Of a DNA stretch of 16,839 nt, positions 1 to 10,548 are shown piece by piece. A model generated the notes under the pieces. That model was not told where the DNA came from and made no database searches. It saw nothing but the letters and a program-made list of their open reading frames with translations. Position 1 is the first letter of the stretch. The number at the start of each line of letters is the position of its first letter. The position numbers were made by a program, and so were the translations under genes. Origin of the DNA: Utricularia gibba (taxonomy: Eukaryota > Plantae > Magnoliophyta); assembly GCA_002189035.1 (NCBI GenBank), contig NEEC01000508.1, positions 1 to 16,839 on the forward strand, written 5' to 3'.

Positions 1-312
1 TGCCTACATGGTTTTTCAAGGAACAGCTTCTCGTTTTGTGGCGGCCAGTCTCGCTGGGAACTTGGTCCTTGACCCGATTCTGTATGGCCCATGAGGTCAA
101 CTGGATGCAAATTGATTAAAAAAAATGATGCATTTGTTTAAATTATGATGTCACGTGCACCCCACATGATTTTTTTAACAACATACTTTATACATGAGGA
201 GGCGGTCTTGGGGGCACTTGGAACCGGAAAAAGATCAGCTTAGGCTTGGCCCAAAGTAAGTTGTAGCCCGGCAAAGAAAGTGATGTATTTATTAACGTTC
301 GGTTTTCGGTGT
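1..312 (+). repeat. Representative type-A monomer (major variant)
   Basis: Diagnostic strings: GGTCCTTGACCCGATTCTGTATGG, GAGGTCAACTGG, TTAAAAAAAATGATGC, TTATGATGTCACG, AACAACATACTTTATACATGAGGAGG, GGAACCGGAAAAAGATCAGCTTAGG, CAAAGAAAG, TTAACGTT, CGGTGTTGCC, GAACAGC. A hand count of the A consensus gives about 60 C and 77 G in 313 nt (~44% GC). Confidence 0.95.
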
Positions 313-364
313 TGCCTACATGGTTTTTCAAGGAACAGCTTCTCGTTTTGTGGCGGCCAGTCTC

Positions 365-650
365 GCTAGGAACTTGGTCCGGCCCGCGATTCTTTATGGC
401 TCATGAGGACAAAAGGATGCAAATCGATGAATACAATGTTGCATTTGTTTAAATTGCGATATCACGTGCACCCCACATGATTTTTTAACAACTTACTTTA
501 TACTTGAGCAGGCGGTCTTTGGTGCACCTGGAACGGGAAAAAGGTAAGGTTTGGCTTGCCCGAGTGTTAGTTGTAGTCCGGCAAATAAAGTGATGTATTT
601 ATTATCGTTCGGTTTTCGGGGCTGCCTACATGGTTTTTCAAGGAACCGCT
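365..650 (+). repeat. Type-B variant monomer, copy 1
   Basis: Carries GCTAGG, GGTCCGGCCCGCGATTCTTTATGG, GAGGACAAAAGG, GATGAATACAATGTTGC, TTGCGATATCACG, TTGAGCAGG, AAAGGTAAGGTTTGGCTTGC, GTAGTCC, AAATAAAG, TTATCG and GAACCGC. Confidence 0.9.
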
Positions 651-1294
651 TCTCGTTTTGTGGCGGCCAGTCTCGCTGGGAACTTGGTCCTTGACCCCGA
701 TTCTGTATGGCTCATGAGGTCAACTGGATGCAAATCGATTAAAAAAAATGATGCATTTGTTTAAATTATGATGTCACGTGCACCCCACATGATTTTTTCA
801 AACTTACTTTATACTTGAGAAGGCGGTCTTGGTGCACTTGGAACCGGAAAAAGATCAGCTTAGGCCTTGGCCCAAAGTAAGTTGTAGCCCGGCAAAGAAA
901 GTGATGTATTTATTAACGTTCGGTTTTCGGTGTTGCCTACATGGTTTTTCAAGGAACAGCTTCTCGTTTTGTGGCGGCCAGTCTCTGGGAACTTGGTCCT
1001 TGACCCGATTCTGTATGGCTCATGAGGTCAACTGGATGCAAATCGATTAAAAAAATGATGCATTTGTTTAAATTATGATGTCACGTGCACCCACATGATT
1101 TTTTTAACAACATACTTTATACATGAGGAGGCGGTCTTGGGGGCACTTGGAACCGGAAAAAGGTCAGCTTAGGCCTTGGCCAAAAGTAAGTTGTAGCCCG
1201 GCAAAGAAAGTGATGTATTTATTAACGTTCGGTTTTCGGTGTTGCCTACATGGTTTTTCAAGGAACAGCTTCTCGTTTTGTGGCGGCCAGTCTC

Positions 1295-1580
1295 GCTGGA
1301 ACTTGGTCCGGGCCCCGATTCTTTATGGCTCATGAGGACAAAAGGATGCAAATCGATGAATACAATGTTGCATTTGTTTAAATTGCGATATCACGTGCAC
1401 CCCCACATGATTTTTTCAACAACTTACTTTATACTTGAGCAGGCGGTCTTTGGGTGCACTGGAACGGGACAAAGGTAAGGTTGGCTTGCACCGAGAGTTA
1501 GTTGTAGTCCGGCAAATAAAGTGATGTATTTATTATCGTTCGGTTTTCGGGGGCTGCCTACATGGTTTTTCAAGGAACGG
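1295..1580 (+). repeat. Type-B variant monomer, copy 2
   Basis: Full B haplotype, CCGGGCCCC sub-variant, with GGAACGGGACAAAGGTAAGG and CTTGCACCGAGAGTTAG. Confidence 0.9.
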
Positions 1581-1920
1581 CTTCTCGTTTTGTGGCGGCC
1601 AGTCTCGCTGGGAACTTGGTCCTTGACCCCGATTCTGTATGGCTCATGAGGTCAACTGGATGCAAATCGATTAAAAAAAATGATGCATTTGTTTAAATTA
1701 TGATGTCACGTGCACCCCACATGATTTTTTCAACAACTTACTTTATACATGAGGAGGCGGTCTTGGGGGCACTTGGAACCGGAAAAAGATCAGCTTAGGC
1801 CTTGGCCCAAAGTAAGTTGTAGCCCGGCAAAGAAAGTGATGTATTTATTAACGTTCGGTTTTCGGTGTTGCCTACATGGTTTTTCAAGGAACAGCTTCTC
1901 GTTTTGTGGCGGCCAGTCTC

Positions 1921-2205
1921 GCTAGGAACTTGGTCCGGCCCGCGATTCTTTATGGCTCATGAGGACAAAAGGATGCAAATCGATGAATACAATGTTGCAT
2001 TTGTTTAAATTGCGATATCACGTGCACCCACATGATTTTTTTCAACAACTTACTTTATACTTGAGGAGGCGGTCTTTGGGTGCACTGGAACGGACAAAGG
2101 TAAGGTTTGGCTTGCCCGAAAGTAGTTGTAGTCCGGCAAATAAAGTGATGTATTTATTATCGTTCGGTTTTCGGGGGCTGCCTACATGGTTTTTCAAGGA
2201 ACCGC
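1921..2205 (+). repeat. Type-B variant monomer, copy 3
   Basis: GCTAGG, CCGGCCCGCG, GAGGACAAAAGG, TTGCGATATCACG, GGACAAAGGTAAGGTTTGG and the B tail are present. Confidence 0.9.
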
Positions 2206-3167
2206 TTCTCGTTTTGTGGCGGCCAGTCTCGCTGGGAACTTGGTCCTTGACCCCGATTCTGTATGGCTCATGAGGTCAACTGGATGCAAATCGATTAAAA
2301 AAATGATGCATTTGTTTAAATTACGATGTCACGTGCACCCCACATGATTTTTTTAACAACATACTTTATACATGAGGAGGCGGTCTTGGGGGGCACTTGG
2401 AACCGGAAAAAGATCAGCTTAGGCCTTGGCCCAAAGTAAGTTGTAGCCCGCAAAGAAAGTGATGTATTTATTAACGTTCGGTTTTCGGTGTTGCCTACAT
2501 GGTTTTTCAAGGAACAGCTTCTCGTTTTGTGGCGGCCAGTCTCGCTGGGAACTTGGTCCTTGACCCGATTCTGTATGGCTCATGAGGTCAACTGGATGCA
2601 AATCGATTAAAAAAATGATGCATTTGTTTAAATTACGATGTCACGTGCACCCCACATGATTTTTTTAACAACATACTTTATACATGAGGAGGCGGTCTTG
2701 GGGGCACTTGGAACCGGAAAAAGATCAGCTTAGGCCTTGGCCCAAAGTAAGTTGTAGCCCGCAAAGAAAGTGATGTATTTATTAACGTTCGGTTTTTCGG
2801 TGTTGCCTACATGGTTTTTCAAGGAACAGCTTCTCGTTTTGTGGCGGCCAGTCTCGCTGGGAACTTGGTCCTTGACCCGATTCTGTATGGCTCATGAGGT
2901 CAACTGGATGCAAATCGATTAAAAAAAATGATCATTTGTTTAAATTATGATGTCACGTGCACCCCACATGATTTTTTCAACAACTTACTTTATACTTGAG
3001 GAGGCGGTCTTTGGGGCACTTGGAACCGGAAAAAGATCAGCTTAGGCCTTGGCCCAAAGTAAGTTGTAGCCCGGCAAAGAAAGTGATGTATTTATTAACG
3101 TTCGGTTTTCGGTGTTGCCTACATGGTTTTTCAAGGAACAGCTTCTCGTTTTGTGGCGGCCAGTCTC

Positions 3168-3456
3168 GCTAGGAACTTGGTCCGGCCCGCGATTCTTTAT
3201 GGCTCATGAGGACAAAAGGATGCAAATCGATGAATACAATGTTGCATTTGTTTAAATTGCGATATCACGTGCACCCCACATGATTTTTTTCAACAACTTA
3301 CTTTATACTTGAGCAGGCGGTCTTTGGGTGCACTGGAACGGGACAAAGGTAAGGTTTGGCTTGCACCGAGAGTTAGTTGTAGTCCGGCAAATAAAGTGAT
3401 GTATTTATTATCGTTCGGTTTTCGGGGGCTGCCTACATGGTTTTTCAAGGAACCGC
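3168..3456 (+). repeat. Type-B variant monomer, copy 4
   Basis: Clean, complete B haplotype from GCTAGG through GAACCGC. Confidence 0.92.
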
Positions 3457-3888
3457 TTCTCGTTTTGTGGCGGCCAGTCTCGCTGGAAACTTGGTCCTTG
3501 ACCCCGATTCTGTATGGCTCATGAGGTCAACTGGATGCAAATCGATTAAAAAAAATGATGCATTTTTTTAAATTACGATGTCACGTGCACCCACATGATT
3601 TTTTCAAACATACTTTATACTTGAGGAGGCGGTCTTGGGGGGACTTGGAACCGGAAAAAGTCAGCTTAGGCCTTGGCCAAAGTAAGTTGTAGCCGGCAAA
3701 GAAAGTGATGTATTTATTAACGTTCGGTTTTCGGGGTGCCTACATGGTTTTTCAAGGAACCGCTTCTCGTTTTGTGGCGGCCAGTCTCGCTGGGAACTTG
3801 GTCCTTGACCCCGATTCTGTATGGCCCATGAGGTCAACTGGATGCAAATCGATTAAAAAAAATGATGCATTTGTTTAAATTATGATGT

Positions 3889-5750
3889 CACGTGCACCCC
3901 ACATGATTTTTTTAACAACATACTTTATACATGAGGAGGCGGTCTTGGGGGCACTTGGAACCGGAAAAAGATCAGCTTAGGCCTTGGCCCAAAGTAAGTT
4001 GTAGCCCGCAAAGAAAGTGATGTATTTATTAACGTTCGGTTTTCGGTGTTGCCTACATGGTTTTTCAAGGAACAGCTTCTCGTTTTGTGGCGGCCAGTCT
4101 CGCTGGGAACTTGGTCCTTGACCCGATTCTGTATGGCTCATGAGGTCAACTGGATGCAAATCGATTAAAAAAATGATGCATTTGTTTAAATTATGATGTC
4201 ACGTGCACCCCACATGATTTTTTTAACAACATACTTTATACATGAGGAGGCGGTCTTGGGGGGCACTTGGAACCGGAAAAAGATCAGCTTAGGCCTTGGC
4301 CCAAAGTAAGTTGTAGCCCAGCAAAGAAAGTGATGTATTTATTAACGTTCGGTTTTCGGTGTTGCCTACATGGTTTTTCAAGGAACAGCTTCTCGTTTTG
4401 TGGCGGCCAGTCTCGCTGGGAACTTGGTCCTTGACCCCGATTCTGTATGGCATGAGGTCAACTGGATGCAAATCGATTAAAAAAAATGATGCATTTGTTT
4501 AAATTATGATGTCACGTGCACCCCACATGATTTTTTTAACAACATACTTTATACATGAGGAGGCGGTCTTGGGGGCACTTGGAACCGGAAAAAGATCAGC
4601 TTAGGCCTTGGCCCAAAGTAAGTTGTAGCCCAAAAAGAAAGTGATGTATTTATTAACGTTCGGTTTTCGGTGTTGCCTACATGGTTTTTCAAGGAACAGC
4701 TTCTCGTTTTGTGGCGGCCAGTCTCGCTGGAACTTGGTCCTTGACCCGATTCTGTATGGCTCATGAGGTCAACTGGATGCAAATCGATTAAAAAATGATG
4801 CATTTGTTTAAATTATGATGTCACGTGCACCCCACATGATTTTTTTAACAACATACTTTATACATGAGGAGGCGGTCTTGGGGGCACTTGGAACCGGAAA
4901 AAGATCAGCTTAGGCCTTGGCCCAAAGTAAGTTGTAGCCCAAATAAAGTGATGTATTTATTAACGTTCGGTTTTCGGGTTGCCTACATGGTTTTTCAAGA
5001 ACAGCTTCTCGTTTTGTGGCGGCCAGTCTCGCTGGGAACTTGGTCCTTGACCCGATTCTGTATGGCTCATGAGGTCAACTGGATGCAAATCGATTAAAAA
5101 AATGATGCATTTGTTTAAATTATGATGTCACGTGCACCCCACATGATTTTTTTAACACATACTTTATACATGAGGAGGCGGTCTTGGGGGGCACTTGGAA
5201 CCGGAAAAAGATCAGCTTAGGCTTTGGCCCAAAGTAAGTTGTAGTCCGGCAAAGAAAGTGATGTATTTATTAACGTTCGGTTTTCGGTGTTGCCTACATG
5301 GTTTTTCAAGGAACCGCTTCTCGTTTTGTGGCGGCCAGTCTCGCTGGGAACTTGGTCCTTGACCGATTCTGTATGGCTCATGAGGAACTGGATGCAAATC
5401 GATTAAAAAAAATGATGCATTTGTTTAAATTATGATGTCACGTGCACCCCACATGATTTTTTTAACAACATACTTTATACATGAGGAGGCGGTCTTGGGG
5501 CACTTGGAACCGGAAAAAGATCAGCTTAGGCCTTGGCCCAAAGTAAGTTGTAGCCGGCAAAGAAAGTGATGTATTTATTAACGTTCGGTTTTCGGGGGCT
5601 GCCTACATGGTTTTTCAAGGAACCGCTTCTCGTTTTGTGGCGGCCAGTCTCGCTGGGAACTTGGTCCTTGACCCCGATTCTGTATGGCTCATGAGGTCAA
5701 CTGGATGCAAATCGATTAAAAAAAATGATGCATTTGTTTAAATTACGATG
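3889..5750 (+). repeat. Homogeneous run of type-A monomers
   Basis: Six consecutive periods (anchors 3889-5752) differ mainly in homopolymer length. A few B-like tail sites appear at ~5245, ~5313 and 5595-5625. Confidence 0.88.
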
Positions 5751-5965
5751 TCACGTGCACCCCACATGATTTTTTTAACAACATACTTTATACATGAGAG
5801 GCGGTCTTGGGGGGCACTTGGAACCGGAAAAAGATCAGCTTAGGCCTTGGCCCAAAGTAAGTTGTAGCCCGGCAAAGAAAGTGATGTATTTATTAACGTT
5901 CGGTTTTCGGTGTTGCCTACATGGTTTTTCAAGGAACAGCTTCTCGTTTTGTGGCGGCCAGTCTC

Positions 5966-6230
5966 GCTGGAACTTGGTCCCCCGATTCTTTATGGCTCAT
6001 GAGGACAAAAGGATGCAAATCGATGAATAAAATGTTGCATTTGTTTAAATTGCGATATCACGTGCACCCCACATGATTTTTTCAACAACTTACTTTATAC
6101 TTGAGCAGGCGGTCTTTGGGGGCACCTGGAACGGGAAAAAGGTAAGGTTTGGCTTGCCCGAAGTTAGTTTAGTCCGGCAAATAAAGTGATGTATTTATTA
6201 TCGTTCGGTTTTCGGGGCTGCCTACATGGT
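5966..6230 (+). repeat. Type-B variant monomer, copy 5
   Basis: GATTCTTTATGG, GAGGACAAAAGG, TTGCGATATCACG, TTGAGCAGG, AAAGGTAAGGTTTGG and AAATAAAG are present; several small deletions. Confidence 0.87.
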
Positions 6231-6683
6231 TTTTCAAGGAACAGCTTCTCGTTTTGTGGCGGCCAGTCTCGCTGGGAACTTGGTCCTTGACCCCGATTCT
6301 GTATGGCTCATGAGGTCAACTGGATGCAAATCGATTAAAAAAAATGATGCATTTGTTTAAATTATGATGTCACGTGCACCCCCACATGATTTTTTTAACA
6401 ACATACTTTATACATGAGGAGGCGGTCTTGGGGGCACTTGGAACCGGAAAAAGATCAGCTTAGGCCTTGGCCCAAAGTAAGTTGTAGCCGGCAAAGAAAG
6501 TGATGTATTTATTATCGTTCGGTTTTGGTGTTGCCTACATGGTTTTTCAAGGAACCGCTTCTCGTTTTGTGGCGGCCAGTCTCGCTGGGAACTTGGTCCT
6601 TGACCCCGATTCTGTATGGCCCATGAGGTCAACTGGATGCAAATCGATTAAAAAAAATGATGCATTTGTTTAAATTATGATGT

Positions 6684-6968
6684 CACGTGCACCCACATGA
6701 TTTTTCAAAACTTACTTTATACTTGCTTGGCGGAAAAAGTCAGCTTAGGCTTGGCCCAAAGTAAGTTGTAGCCCGGCAAAGAAAGTGATGTATTTATTAA
6801 CGTTCGGTTTTCGGGGGCTGCCTACATGGTTTTTCAAGGAACAGCTTCTCGTTTTGTGGCGGCCAGTCTCGCTGGAACTTGGTCCTTGACCCGATTCTGT
6901 ATGGCTCATGAGGTCAACTGGATGCAAATCGATTAAAAAAAATGATGCATTTGTTTAAATTATGATGT
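6684..6968 (+). repeat. Internally deleted monomer (285 bp)
   Basis: Reads TATACTTG-CTTGG-CGGAAAAAG at 6718-6739, where other copies read TATACTTGAGGAGGCGGTCTTGGGGGCACTTGGAACCGGAAAAAG (~23 nt missing). Confidence 0.9.
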
Positions 6969-7801
6969 CACGTGCACCCCACATGATTTTTTCAACAACT
7001 TACTTTATACTTGAGCAGGCGGTCTTTGGGGCACTTGGAACGGGAAAAGGTCAGCTTAGGCTTGCCCAAGTAAGTTGTAGTCCGGCAAATAAAGTGATGT
7101 ATTTATTATCGTTCGGTTTTCGGGGGCTGCCTACATGGTTTTTCAAGGAACAGCTTCTCGTTTTGTGGCGGCCAGTCTCGCTGGGAACTTGGTCCTTGAC
7201 CCCGATTCTGTATGGCTCATGAGGTCAACTGGATGCAAATCGATTAAAAAAAATGATGCATTTGTTTAAATTACGATGTCACGTGCACCCCACATGATTT
7301 TTTCAACAACTTACTTTATACTTGAGGAGGCGGTCTTGGGGGGGGGGAACCGGAAAAGATCAGCTTAGGCCTTGGCCAAAGTAAGTTGTAGCCCGGCAAA
7401 GAAAGTGATGTATTTATTAACGTTCGGTTTTCGGGGCTGCCTACATGGTTTTTCAAGGAACCGCTTCTCGTTTTGTGGCGGCCAGTCTCGCTGGGAACTT
7501 GGTCCTTGACCCGATTCTGTATGGCTCATGAGGTCAACTGGATGCAAATCGATTAAAAAAATGATGCATTTGTTTAAATTACGATGTCACGTGCACCCCA
7601 CATGATTTTTTTAACAACATACTTTATACATGAGGAGGCGGTCTTGGGGGCACTTGGAACCGGAAAAAGGTCAGCTTAGGCCTTGGCCCAAAGTAAGTTG
7701 TAGCCCGGCAAAGAAAGTGATGTATTTATTAACGTTCGGTTTTCGGTGTTGCCTACATGGTTTTTCAAGGAACAGCTTCTCGTTTTGTGGCGGCCAGTCT
7801 C

Positions 7802-8088
7802 GCTAGGAACTTGGTCCGGGCCCCGATTCTTATGGCTCATGAGGACAAAAGGATGCAAATCGATGAATACAATGTTGCATTTGTTTAAATTGCGATATCA
7901 CGTGCACCCCACATGATTTTTTCAACAACTTACTTTATACTTGAGCAGGCGGTCTTTGGGTGCACTGGAACGGGACAAAGGTAAGGTTTGGCTTGCACCG
8001 AGAGTTAGTTGTAGTCCGGCAAATAAAGTGATGTATTTATTATCGTTCGGTTTTCGGGGGCTGCCTACATGGTTTTTCAAGGAACCGC
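7802..8088 (+). repeat. Type-B variant monomer, copy 6
   Basis: Clean B haplotype, GCTAGG plus CCGGGCCCC sub-variant. Confidence 0.92.
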
Positions 8089-10260
8089 TTCTCGTTTTGT
8101 GGCGGCCAGTCTCGCTGGGAACTTGGTCCTTGACCCCGATTCTGTATGGCTCATGAGGTCAACTGGATGCAAATCGATTAAAAAAATGATGCATTTGTTT
8201 AAATTATGATGTCACGTGCACCCCACATGATTTTTTCAACAACTTACTTTATACATGAGCAGGCGGTCTTGGGTGCACTGGAACGGGAAAATCAGCTTAG
8301 GCTTGCCCAAAGTAAGTTGTAGCCGGCAAAGAAAGTGATGTATTTATTACGTTCGGTTTTCGGGGTTGCCTACATGGTTTTTCAAGGAACCGCTTCTCGT
8401 TTTGTGGCGGCCAGTCTCGGGAACTTGGTCCTTGACCCCGATTCTGTATGGCTCATGAGGTCAACGGATGCAAATCGATTAAAAAATGATGCATTTGTTT
8501 AAATACGATGTCACGTGCACCCCATGATTTTTTTCAAACCTTACTTTATACTTGAGGAGGCGTCTTGGGGGACTTGGAACCGGAAAAAGCAGCTTAGGCT
8601 TGGCCAAAGTAAGTTGTAGCCCGGCAAGAAAGTGATGTATTTATTAACGTTCGGTTTTCGGGGTGCCTACATGGTTTTTCAAGGAACCGCTTCTCGTTTT
8701 GTGGCGGCCAGTCTCGCTGGGAACTTGGTCCTTGACCCGATTCTGTATGGCTCATGAGGTCAACTGGATGCAAATCGATTAAAAAAATGATGCATTTGTT
8801 TAAATTATGATGTCACGTGCACCCCACATGATTTTTTAACACATACTTTATACATGAGGAGGCGGTCTTGGGGGGCACTTGGAACCGGAAAAAGATCAGC
8901 TTAGGCCTTGGCCCAAAGTAAGTTGTAGTCCGGCAAATAAAGTGATGTATTTATTAACGTTCGGTTTTCGGGGTGCCTACATGGTTTTTCAAGGAACCGC
9001 TTCTCGTTTTGTGGCGGCCAGTCTCGCTGGGAACTTGGTCCTTGACCCCGATTCTGTATGGCTCATGAGGTCAACTGGATGCAAATCGATTAAAAAAAAT
9101 GATGCATTTGTTTAAATTATGATGTCACGTGCACCCACATGATTTTTCAAACAACTTACTTTATACTTGAGGAGGCGGTCTTGGGGGACTTGGAACCGGA
9201 AAAAATCAGCTTAGGCTTGGCCGAAAGTAAGTTGTAGCCCGGCAAAGAAAGTGATGTATTTATTAACGTTCGGTTTTCGGGGGCTGCCTACATGGTTTTT
9301 CAAGGAACAGCTTCTCGTTTTGTGGCGGCCAGTCTCGCTGGAACTTGGTCCTTGACCCCCGATTCTGTATGGCTCATGAGGTCAACTGGATGCAAATCGA
9401 TTAAAAAAAATGATGCATTTGTTTAAATTATGATGTCACGTGCACCCCACATGATTTTTTCAACAACTTACTTTATACTGAGCAGGCGGTCTTGGGTGCA
9501 CTGGAACGGAAAAAGGTAAGCTTTGGCTTGGCCCAAGTAGTTGTAGTCCGGCAAATAAAGTGATGTATTTATTATCGTTCGGTTTTCGGGGGCTGCCTAC
9601 ATGGTTTTTCAAGGAACAGCTTCTCGTTTTGTGGCGCCAGTCTCGCTGGGAACTTGGTCCTTGACCCCGATTCTGTATGGCTCATGAGGTCAACTGGATG
9701 CAAATCGATTAAAAAAAATGATGCATTTGTTTAAATTACGATGTCACGTGCACCCACATGATTTTTTCAACAACTTACTTTTATACTTGAGGAGGCGGTC
9801 TTGGGGGGGGGAACCGGAAAAAGATCAGCTTAGGCCTTGGCCCAAAGTAAGTTGTAGCCCGGCAAAGAAAGTGATGTATTTATTAACGTTCGGTTTTCGG
9901 GGTGCCTACATGGTTTTTCAAGGAACCGCTTCTCGTTTTGTGGCGGCCAGTCTCGCTGGGAACTTGGTCCTTGACCCGATTCTGTATGGCTCATGAGGTC
10001 AACGGATGCAAATCGATTAAAAAAATGATGCATTTGTTTAAATTACGATGTCACGTGCACCCCACATGATTTTTTTAACAATACTTTATACATGAGGAGG
10101 CGGTCTTGGGGCACTTGGAACCGGAAAAAGATCAGCTTAGGCCTTGGCCCAAAGTAAGTTGTAGCCCGGCAAAGAAAGTGATGTATTTATTAACGTTCGG
10201 TTTTCGGTGTTGCCTACATGGTTTTTCAAGGAACAGCTTCGTTTTGTGGCGGCCAGTCTC

Positions 10261-10548
10261 GCTAGGAACTTGGTCCGGGCCCCGATTCTTTATGGCTCAT
10301 GAGGACAAAAGGATGCAAATCGATGAATACAATGTTGCATTTGTTTAAATTGCGATATCACGTGCACCCCACATGATTTTTTAACAACTTACTTTATACT
10401 TGAGCAGGCGGTCTTTGGGTGCACCTGGAACGGGACAAAGGTAAGGTTTGGCTTGCACCGAGAGTTAGTTGTAGTCCGGCAAATAAAGTGATGTATTTAT
10501 TATCGTTCGGTTTTCGGGGGCTGCCTACATGGTTTTTCAAGGAACCGC
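10261..10548 (+). repeat. Type-B variant monomer, copy 7
   Basis: Clean B haplotype, GCTAGG plus CCGGGCCCC sub-variant, nearly identical to copy 6. Confidence 0.92.

Noticed and set aside
238-250. Telomere-like TTAGGC/TTAGG word
   Set aside because: It occurs once per monomer, is not tandem and is absent from B; expected by chance.
150-300. Budding-yeast point centromere (CDEI-CDEII-CDEIII)
   Set aside because: A CDEI-like octamer is present, but no ~80-bp >90% AT CDEII and no CDEIII consensus follow, and point centromeres are not tandemly arrayed.
1-312. 5S rDNA, tRNA, snRNA or spliced-leader tandem gene unit
   Set aside because: I see no recognisable 5S, tRNA or snRNA sequence. GTTCGGTTT does not fit the Pol III B-box (GWTCRANNC), and there is no cloverleaf or Sm-site context.
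7032-7048. CENP-B-box-like CACTTGGAACGGGAAAA (and B-type CTGGAACGGGA); also TTCGGTTTTCGGG
   Set aside because: The first resembles only the 3' part of YTTCGTTGGAARCGGGA and lacks the essential TTCG. The second has TTCG and CGGG separated by 5 nt instead of the required 7.
7338-7347. G-quadruplex at the G9-10 runs (also 9803-9811)
   Set aside because: These are isolated runs without four spaced G-tracts, and may themselves be consensus errors. They are used only as alignment markers.
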